A stretch of 39,040 nt of DNA from Candidatus Stahliibacteriota bacterium. Its GTDB lineage: Bacteria > Hydrothermota > Tepidihabitantia > SM23-42. Location of the stretch: positions 1-39,040 of the forward strand of contig SOIY01000229.1 of assembly GCA_004376785.1 (NCBI GenBank), in the 5' to 3' direction. This document shows, piece after piece, positions 1 through 6,040 of the stretch. Both the position numbers and the translations under genes were made by a program. Every line of letters starts with the position of its first letter. Position 1 is the stretch's first letter. The notes below the pieces were generated by a model. The model saw nothing but the letters and a program-made list of their open reading frames with translations, ran no database searches and had not been told where the DNA came from.

Positions 1-13
1 TTTATCATTTTAA

Positions 14-385
14 TTACCGCCCCGATGGAATGGTAACAATGTTATCAAGCTTACCATCAACAATAGAGACAACTATGACAGCAATAACGGTTCCATTCTC
101 GTCTTTTTTATTATAGATCCATTGCTCAAAAGATCGTTTCAGGGCTGTGTTGCCATCGTTAATGTTAAAAGCATTAACAATCTTTTTAGTAGGACCGTTT
201 GGAAAATCAACACTTATTTCCTCCCACAATTTACTGAGAGTTCTTTTCGGCCCAAGAACAACAACATCTTGATCAGGCGCAACCGCTGTTTTTGTACTCC
301 TCTTTTGCAATGCCGGACATCCAGCAGTAAAAGAAACAACAATTGCCAGTAATAATAAAGTTAAAAGTAATTTTCTAAATCTCAT
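14..385 (-). CDS. putative secreted lipoprotein
   Basis: 123-aa ORF. N-terminus MRFRKLLLTLLLLAIVVSFTAG|C has a basic n-region, a hydrophobic core and a lipobox-like Cys. AGGAGG lies 9 nt upstream of the ATG. Confidence 0.65.
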   Translation of the reverse strand: MRFRKLLLTLLLLAIVVSFTAGCPALQKRSTKTAVAPDQDVVVLGPKRTLSKLWEEISVDFPNGPTKKIVNAFNINDGNTALKRSFEQWIYNKKDENGTVIAVIVVSIVDGKLDNIVTIPSGR

Positions 386-407
386 GATTTAAATCCTCCT
401 GTTTTAT

Positions 408-638
408 TTATTCCCCGTCTTCTTTTCTTATTTGTAGGAAGCTGGCGCTATCTATATGCATGGTAGACACAGTATACAATTTGTTATAGAATTTTTTAGG
501 TATCAGAGTGCATTTTATCTTTGATTCAACAACACCTGTAGATAATACAACAGAATTGTCTATAACTTTGGTGACTTGGAACACTTCGTCAGCTTCGCCG
601 GCAACTAAAACGTAATCACCCATCTTTATTTTTTTCAT
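408..638 (-). CDS. hypothetical protein (76 aa)
   Basis: ORF in the co-directional gene train. GAGGGAG lies just upstream of the ATG. No recognisable motif. Confidence 0.5.
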   Translation of the reverse strand: MKKIKMGDYVLVAGEADEVFQVTKVIDNSVVLSTGVVESKIKCTLIPKKFYNKLYTVSTMHIDSASFLQIRKEDGE

Positions 639-709
639 TTTTCTCCCTCAACAAGTTAATTGCTGATGCATTGTATTTTATTCATACATTTCGAGAATTT
701 ATTCATTTA

Positions 710-907
710 TCAACCCACCTTAGGTTTTATTTCTTTTTCGTTTGAATATCCATTTGTAGCATTAAACCCATGTATATGGAAATGTGGTGCAGATATTATC
801 TTCTCTGCTTTGGCATCACATTTAGAACACTCTACCTCTTTAACGTCTCCTTTAACTATGGCTTCTGTGATTGTACCACATTTTTTACATCTGAATTCAA
901 ATAACAT
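710..907 (-). CDS. FmdB-like zinc-ribbon protein
   Basis: 65 aa. MLFEFRCKKCG...VECSKCDAK gives two CxxC pairs with the N-terminal F-x-F/Y-x-C pattern typical of the FmdB/CxxC_CxxC_SSSS family. Confidence 0.65.
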   Translation of the reverse strand: MLFEFRCKKCGTITEAIVKGDVKEVECSKCDAKAEKIISAPHFHIHGFNATNGYSNEKEIKPKVG

Positions 908-1184
908 CTATTCTAGCTCCTCTTATTTTTCTAAGTAATCTGCTCATTGCGCCTTCTACATAAATAAAGTCAGTAGCTTTAACAGCTGAGCCAAATTCAG
1001 CATTGACTGTATTTAGAAAATTCTGATTTGGTGATTCTTTTAGTTCTGACCATTCTATACAGTCGTCGGCATCTAATGTAGGACCACCCGTTTGTGGTAC
1101 TATAGGACTGACCCATATTTTATCATCTATATAGGTTGCATAAGTACCATACCCTTCTAGTTTTAAAATACCATTTATTAACAT
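897..1184 (-). CDS. hypothetical protein
   Basis: The longest ORF extends to 1235. The ATG at 1184 (MLINGILK...) is preceded by AAAGGAAATAAT, so I prefer it. The stop overlaps the start of 710..907. Confidence 0.5.
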   Translation of the reverse strand: MLINGILKLEGYGTYATYIDDKIWVSPIVPQTGGPTLDADDCIEWSELKESPNQNFLNTVNAEFGSAVKATDFIYVEGAMSRLLRKIRGARIDVI

Positions 1185-1568
1185 ATTATTTCCTTTAAAG
1201 TTTGCCCACCCCATCCCCACTCGATTCCTATGCACACAAACTGTATGCGACGCCTATGAATATCAAATCGCACAGCGTTAGATGATACATGATAGGCTAA
1301 TAGCACCACATAAATAATAATTGAGCACCCTCTAACGGGGGACAATGCATTATGCGGTGTTTCCAAATCTACTACTCGTGTCAGACCCGCCACGGTCACT
1401 AGTGACTAATAAACTTGGGCACTACACTAGACGTAGCAGAAGCTAGGTTGTAGACTTATACTGGTCATCTAGTTTGTTTTACTTCTCCGATTCATACCTA
1501 TAGCCACTAAATGGGTGCTGTTGGACACCGCCAGCCAGGAAAATATTAATAGAATCAATCAGAAGTTA
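1185..1568. ncRNA. gene-free, GC-enriched, stem-rich region; candidate structured RNA (strand unknown)
   Basis: 384 nt with no convincing ORF. A sampled 60-nt stretch (1381-1440) is about 50% G+C versus about 30% in nearby coding sequence. Perfect palindrome GTCACTAGTGAC at 1394-1405. Hairpin CTACA-CTAG (1421-1429) / CTAG..TGTAG (1442-1452). Shares a 19-nt motif with 5238-5256. Confidence 0.3.
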
Positions 1569-2345
1569 TCAGGTTCCAGAAAATCTTAGTACTTGTTTAC
1601 GACTAAGATTTTTTAGACTGTTAAAAGCATCAACGTAAATCTGTTTGCTTAGTTCAGTAAATCCTGGCGCTGAGTTAATTTCAATGAAGTATAATTCATA
1701 TTTACTATCAACTATAAAGTCTACTGCTCCGAAATTCATACCAAGCATAGTTAATATCTTGTCAGAAACTTTCCAAGCCTCCCTAAATATATTATATGAT
1801 CCAGGATTATGTACAGTAGCAAAGTGACCACCGTTACTATAGTTCCAAGCAATTTCATCATTACTCCCATATCTCTTTTGAACACTCCATTCGTCTTGTG
1901 GTAACCATTTAAAGGAATGAATTCTTATTTCATAAATTCTATTCTTAATGAATTGCTGATAGTATTTACCTGGAATCTGACCTTTTCTTCTTGCCCAACA
2001 AATTCCTTTACCACCGATAGAATTAACTCTCTTCTCAATCCAATCAGACTTGTTATCTTTTTTGTCCAAGGAAAGCTTCGTTTTGGGTACTGTAACGTCC
2101 TGAGAGGCCGCTCTTTGGACTACTTTAAATTTTGAGTATCCTACATACCTATTTAAAACTGGTATCTTTCTGGCTGATGGATACAATCTAAAGAAAGTAG
2201 CTAAATGATCCTTATTTAACCCATAATTTACCAGAATATCAGGCATTATCCTTGTTTTTCCTGTATAATTACGGATATTACACCCTTTTCTTATTTCTTT
2301 ACAGGCGTTTGATCCTTTTTTTCCTATAAGTTTTATATTAATCAT
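1569..2345 (-). CDS. ATP-grasp ligase (RimK-like)
   Basis: C-terminal FGAVDFIVDSKYELYFIEINSAPGFTE matches the ATP-grasp Mg/ATP-binding strand-loop (RimK: GVDIL...VMEVNASPGLEG). EIRIHSF lies upstream. Paralogous to 11020..12132. Start set at MINIKLIGKKG; the longer ORF to 2438 would overlap the small gene at 2387..2563. Confidence 0.8.
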   Translation of the reverse strand: MINIKLIGKKGSNACKEIRKGCNIRNYTGKTRIMPDILVNYGLNKDHLATFFRLYPSARKIPVLNRYVGYSKFKVVQRAASQDVTVPKTKLSLDKKDNKSDWIEKRVNSIGGKGICWARRKGQIPGKYYQQFIKNRIYEIRIHSFKWLPQDEWSVQKRYGSNDEIAWNYSNGGHFATVHNPGSYNIFREAWKVSDKILTMLGMNFGAVDFIVDSKYELYFIEINSAPGFTELSKQIYVDAFNSLKNLSRKQVLRFSGT

Positions 2346-2386
2346 TTTTGTAACTCTAAATATTTTAACACACTCCTGATTTGTTG

Positions 2387-2563
2387 TTATGCGTTGTGCG
2401 TCTCCCCTGTTTTTTCCCATTTCCCACCACAAGAACATCGGTCGCCCACATCAAAATGTGGGTACTCTTCCCTTTCACTGTTACATTTTGAACATGTCCA
2501 AATATACATTAAATTTAATTCGGTGTCCGTTTCAGCGTCCTCCCTGGTTCGGTATTCTCGCAT
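2387..2563 (-). CDS. small zinc-ribbon protein (58 aa, below the ORF-track cutoff)
   Basis: Own translation: MREYRTREDAETDTELNLMYIWTCSKCNSEREEYPHFDVGDRCSCGGKWEKTGETHNA. It has CxxC...CxC, and AGGAGG lies 6 nt upstream of the ATG. Confidence 0.55.
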   Translation of the reverse strand: MREYRTREDAETDTELNLMYIWTCSKCNSEREEYPHFDVGDRCSCGGKWEKTGETHNA

Positions 2564-2575
2564 CCTTAACCTCCT

Positions 2576-2786
2576 TTAAAAATAATTTGCACAAAGGTAA
2601 TGAACTTCCAAAGCAACAGCGTTATATGCTCTACCTTCTTTAGTTTTGACCTGCTTTTCTTTATTATCACCTGGACCTATACATACTAACGTAGTATAGT
2701 CACCTTCGACAAATGGTTTTTTTACAAGCAGGGCATAACTCTCCGATAGATGGATGACCCTTTGTCTTTGGCCCGAGTTTCCTCAT
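2576..2786 (-). pseudogene. small CxxC protein gene interrupted by a frameshift in an A7 run (T7 at 2717-2723 on +)
   Basis: The ATG at 2786 gives MRKLGPKTKGHPSIGELCPACKK, then stops after TICRR. With one A fewer, the frame continues PFVEGDYTTLVCIGPGDNKEKQVKTKEGRAYNAVALEVHYLCANYF to the TAA at 2576-2578. Total length is 211 nt (3n+1). Confidence 0.4.
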
Positions 2787-2802
2787 TTTATTATCTACTT
2801 TT

Positions 2803-2967
2803 TCATGCGGCGTTGTTTTCAGCGATCCACTCTTGAAATGCTATAAGTGCATTCTTACAATCTGATGAATTGTTTATATAGTCATTTGTTTCATCGCTGT
2901 CATATCGTGGCTCGATAAGCCGCTCTAAAAATGGAGCTATTTTTTCAAGACATTCTATACTATTCAT
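2803..2967 (-). CDS. hypothetical protein (54 aa)
   Basis: The track ORF runs to 3009, but the ATG at 2967 (MNSIECLEK...) has AAGGAGG 5 nt upstream and avoids overlap with 2988..3563. Confidence 0.5.
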   Translation of the reverse strand: MNSIECLEKIAPFLERLIEPRYDSDETNDYINNSSDCKNALIAFQEWIAENNAA

Positions 2968-2987
2968 CTTAGCCTCCTTAACATCTT

Positions 2988-3563
2988 TTAAGTATTTTTC
3001 CCCCGACATCGTTTCAAATTAAGTTCATATAAAAAACTACCTTTTGTTTCAAACAATGTTTCATGTAAAAAATTACAGCGATAATACCCAGTAGCGTATG
3101 ACAAGAATTTACACGTATTTTTCTTTTTTACATCATAACATAGGAAATTTGATGGAATACATTCCGGCGTTAGTTTCTCTTTGTATTTTACATTTATTAT
3201 AGGGTACTCAACTATATCAATAAAATTATAATCTGCTAATCTCCAATTCTCTTCTTTTGTCGTACCCGATTCTTTAGGTTTTTTACTATCCAACTTCCAT
3301 TCTCTACAGTTATACATGTGAAATCTTTGAATTGTGTCACGAGCATGCATATGAATATAAATAACATTATTGCTAAAATCAACTAAATTTATCGTGAACA
3401 TTCTTGGAACAGTATAAAAGTTGCCATAGTAAACAAAAATAGAATCCCCACTACCAATATTTTTAAGGTTGCCAATATGGATTGCTTCATCTCGTAAATT
3501 ATTTTGTTTTTCTATTTCATGCTGTTCAGTTACATGTGCAATTTTTTCTTTTAATGTTTTCAC
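2988..3563 (-). CDS. hypothetical protein (191 aa)
   Basis: Long ORF in the gene train. Its start overlaps the stop of 3560..3907 by 4 nt. No motif recognised. Confidence 0.6.
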   Translation of the reverse strand: MKTLKEKIAHVTEQHEIEKQNNLRDEAIHIGNLKNIGSGDSIFVYYGNFYTVPRMFTINLVDFSNNVIYIHMHARDTIQRFHMYNCREWKLDSKKPKESGTTKEENWRLADYNFIDIVEYPIINVKYKEKLTPECIPSNFLCYDVKKKNTCKFLSYATGYYRCNFLHETLFETKGSFLYELNLKRCRGKNT

Positions 3564-3907
3564 AATATTTCATCCTCATAACTTGTAAAATCAGGTTTTG
3601 GATTTTCAACAAACTGTCTAGCTGTTAAAGCCTTGCCAGTTGCCTTTGCTTTAATAATTCTGTGCCAACCATCCATCGGGTAGCCATCCGACCTAAGTAT
3701 AATCGGAATAGAGCAGTCGGCCTCTTGAACACGTTTATAATGAGCAACATAATCTCTTAAATTTGATATTTTCCAGCGGATTGTCTCATCAAGAGAGATT
3801 TTTTCCACATCAAATGGCTTTGCCTCGATACCTTTAGAAGCTTCTATTAGCGTAGAATCTCTCCAAATCCTTCCGTGCTCATCTATAAAGCAATGCTTTA
3901 GCTTCAT
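3560..3907 (-). CDS. ParB-like nuclease-domain protein
   Basis: ILRSDGYPMDGWHRIIKA resembles the ParB/sulfiredoxin-fold DGxHR core motif. Confidence 0.5.
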   Translation of the reverse strand: MKLKHCFIDEHGRIWRDSTLIEASKGIEAKPFDVEKISLDETIRWKISNLRDYVAHYKRVQEADCSIPIILRSDGYPMDGWHRIIKAKATGKALTARQFVENPKPDFTSYEDEIL

Positions 3908-4139
3908 TATATTCCTTTTCGCTTATTATTTTACCAGATGACAATAAAAATCCTCCTTCAACAGCCTTTGTAAATTCAAAAAAAGTTACAACTTTTTTTC
4001 TTCCGTGACCTATAGCATATTTTGTATCTATTATATGTTGCTCTTTTACATATGATATTTTATATGTATTGGGTGGTCGCCCTGTGCAGGGGGTTAAAAT
4101 ACCATGATCTTTATAATAAAAGAATTTATTTATCTTCAT
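3879..4139 (-). CDS. hypothetical protein (86 aa)
   Basis: ORF in the gene train. No motif recognised. Confidence 0.5.
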   Translation of the reverse strand: MKINKFFYYKDHGILTPCTGRPPNTYKISYVKEQHIIDTKYAIGHGRKKVVTFFEFTKAVEGGFLLSSGKIISEKEYNEAKALLYR

Positions 4140-4222
4140 TATCTACACCCATGACAACTTGAGCATTGTCTACAAACATGCTTTGATTTTTTCCTTTTAA
4201 TTCCATCAAACATAAACGTCAT
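4139..4222 (-). CDS. possible Cys-rich micro-ORF (27 aa)
   Basis: Own translation: MTFMFDGIKRKKSKHVCRQCSSCHGCR. Its TAA overlaps the ATG of 3879..4139 (TAATG), which suggests coupling. There is no SD upstream, so support is weak. Confidence 0.2.
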   Translation of the reverse strand: MTFMFDGIKRKKSKHVCRQCSSCHGCR

Positions 4223-4263
4223 TTTTTTTACAAGACTATATTTTGGTTTGATATATTTAGTTT

Positions 4264-4704
4264 TCATAGAACCTCCGTTATATCATCTTTCAGTTCAGTT
4301 TGAGCAATTTGATACAGCTCTTCTTCAGTATAATCTAACGGATCTGTAATTTTTCTCTGGCCCTTTAAAAAGTTTAAATACCACCTTTCAAAAGGTTTAC
4401 CTCTTTCAATTTCAGTAGTGTGTCTGGAAGATAAAGGAACTTTGGCTTGTTCCTTATCACCTTCCATTCTCTTAAGCAATTGTCTGGCTATACGATCTTC
4501 ATCCAACTCTTCTTGAGCCATATGATGACCAAAGCCAGCAGCAACTCCCATCTCAAATATACCTATTTCGCCGGCGCTGAGAGGCTCATAATCGTCGTCT
4601 AATTCAATGTCATACTCTGTGTCGTTATCTGGCTCATCAAACATATCCTCTTCTGCATCAGATTGAGGATCGTAGATGAAATCTGGATCATAAGGTATAT
4701 CCAC
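4264..4704 (-). CDS. highly acidic hypothetical protein
   Basis: 146 aa with a GTG start as in the track. The first ~60 residues are dominated by D/E (DPDFIYDPQSDAEEDMFDEPDNDTEYDIELDDDYE). Confidence 0.55.
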   Translation of the reverse strand: MDIPYDPDFIYDPQSDAEEDMFDEPDNDTEYDIELDDDYEPLSAGEIGIFEMGVAAGFGHHMAQEELDEDRIARQLLKRMEGDKEQAKVPLSSRHTTEIERGKPFERWYLNFLKGQRKITDPLDYTEEELYQIAQTELKDDITEVL

Positions 4705-4727
4705 TCAGTCCATCCCTTTATTAAATT

Positions 4728-4827
4728 TTTTTGGGGAATTCATTACCGAACACGGCTAACATCCGCTTCCATAGTAGGAAGATCAACTGTTTGTTGGTAT
4801 TTATTTGCGCCGTGAATTCCCCAAAAA
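4728..4827. repeat. 15-bp perfect inverted repeat enclosing about 70 nt
   Basis: TTTTTGGGGAATTCA (4728-4742) pairs with TGAATTCCCCAAAAA (4813-4827). Inner hairpin CTTCC-ATAGTA-GGAAG and CGGC/GCCG. It lies immediately upstream of the start of 4264..4704. Confidence 0.7.
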
Positions 4828-4855
4828 TTACCGCTTGTCAAGCATTTTTTTTGTG

Positions 4856-4935
4856 CTGAAGTGAAAAGTTATCTCCGCTACCCAGGAGCCGTATCAAGTA
4901 ACGGAAGGGCTCGTTTATCCACTTATTCACTTCAG
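4856..4935. repeat. 10-bp perfect inverted repeat enclosing 60 nt
   Basis: CTGAAGTGAA (4856-4865) pairs with TTCACTTCAG (4926-4935). Nested GAGCC...GGCTC / CCGT...ACGG hairpin inside. Confidence 0.7.
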
Positions 4936-5163
4936 CGATCAACACGTATCGGAATTTATAGATACGCACTGGCTTTGGAAGCCTATTTATTTGTTTACCC
5001 ACCTCTATCCCACTCGTCCTACCTTTTTCCACCATTTAATCTCTATAATTATAGATTGGTGTTCGATTTTTTTTGCGTTTTTCACCCTATGGTTACTTTG
5101 CGTTTAATCTACTCGCTACGATACTATGTTATACATAGATAGCTTAAGGAAAAAGACTTGTGA

Positions 5164-5243
5164 TCTACACTCGAACAACGGTGCTGGTTTAAAAAGTACA
5201 GCATTAGTGGGAATACCCACCCATCATCTTATGTGAGTGTAGA
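5164..5243. repeat. 9-bp perfect inverted repeat enclosing 62 nt
   Basis: TCTACACTC (5164-5172) pairs with GAGTGTAGA (5235-5243). Inner hairpin GTGGG-AATA-CCCAC at 5207-5220. Confidence 0.7.
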
Positions 5244-5632
5244 CCAGTACTTGTCACTTTGTGGATGGTAATGCTTAGGGAGCATTGTAGAAAAATATAT
5301 ATCATGTTGTTGTGATAGTCACGATTCGAACATGACTTCTCTCATTGGTATTCAATCAGCTTTGCACTTTGGTAGTTATGAGATATAGCTGACTACTCAT
5401 ACCTACTACAACAGGTTTTTCTTATTTAGCTAGTGGACAAAGTACGCCATATGTAAAAGCACCTGCAAAGATCCACCATCGGCAGTATTTTTTCGCCTGA
5501 TTTTTAACTACAGTTCTTATTGGTATCAGCCAAGAACTTGTCACTACCCGTCAGAAACAGGTGTGTACGTTAAGAAGGGCAGACGTAGATGAAATAACCC
5601 TCTACGATTTTTCGAATTAACCAATGAACATA

Positions 5633-5661
5633 ATATTACCCATAGCTATACTATATCACAA
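5633..5661 (-). promoter_or_regulatory. sigma70-like promoter candidate inside the gene-free region
   Basis: On the minus strand: TTGTGA (5656-5661), 17 nt spacer, TAATAT (5633-5638), pointing towards 4705. Such matches are common by chance in AT-rich DNA. Confidence 0.2.
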
Positions 5662-6040
5662 ATGTATAGATATATACACCATAAATATGAATTCTGCTTC
5701 AATCTCTAAACTCCGTGAATAGATGTAAACAGAATAACCGCAGAGCTCGGTTTATAAATTTTCTGTTTTGTATCAACTAATCACTCATATTTAAAAATGG
5801 TATTTACTCTTCGATAGGGCTTGGAACCCTATAGATAAACAGTTTCAAAACCATACAGATTTTTACTAATGGATTATCTACGCTTTCAGAGCAACGAATA
5901 GCCATCCACAAGGGTATATAAATCTTTATGTATGAAAGTTCTTTCTTATCTCCATAAAGATTATTAAACAACCGGTGATTAACAGCTCAGTTTCAGATAC
6001 GCTCAGCTTACAGTCATAGGAGCACCAGTTTGTTTACAAA

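Larger units (their letters stand above)
4705..6040. ncRNA. 1.3-kb gene-free, stem-rich region; candidate large structured RNA or cluster of RNAs
   Basis: The only ORFs of 60 aa or more are two mutually overlapping ones at 4838-5142, which have no good SD and cut through perfect stems. Nothing of 60 aa or more occurs in any frame from 5143 to 6040. There are several perfect 9-15 bp long-range inverted repeats (listed separately) and many nested hairpins. Confidence 0.4.

Noticed and set aside
1178-1399. 73-aa minus-strand ORF running into the 1185-1568 gene-free island.
   Set aside because: It has no SD, overlaps the better-supported start region of 897..1184, reads through the palindrome/stem region and has odd composition. 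It is more likely a chance ORF in GC-richer non-coding sequence.
4886-4913. GAGCCGTAT...GGCTC hairpin resembling the 5-prime strand of group II intron domain V.
   Set aside because: The hairpin is only about 27 nt with the wrong bulge and loop geometry (no 2-nt bulge, no GNRA loop). No flanking exon context, GUGYG 5-prime end or reverse-transcriptase ORF is present.
4838-5142. Two overlapping ORFs (65 aa on minus, 93 aa on plus) inside the large gene desert.
   Set aside because: They are mutually antisense, have only weak or absent SD sites, and both cut across the perfect 10-bp stem pair at 4856-4935. I treat the locus as non-coding, although a small basic protein from 4838..5035 cannot be excluded.
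5300-5400. tRNA gene on the minus strand, suggested by a good T-arm (TCATG-TTCGAAT-CGTGA, about 5319-5335).
   Set aside because: I could not find a complementary 7-bp acceptor stem, a D-arm or a 5-bp/7-nt anticodon arm at tRNA spacing on either side. Other GTTCGA-like sites (about 4745, 5172, 5612, 5815) also fail to give cloverleaves. tRNAscan-SE and ARAGORN should still be run.
4705-6040. CRISPR array or other tandem direct repeats in the gene desert.
   Set aside because: No regularly spaced direct repeats of 20 nt or more were found. Only short recurring words (ACTTGTCACT twice, GTCACT several times) and inverted repeats are present.
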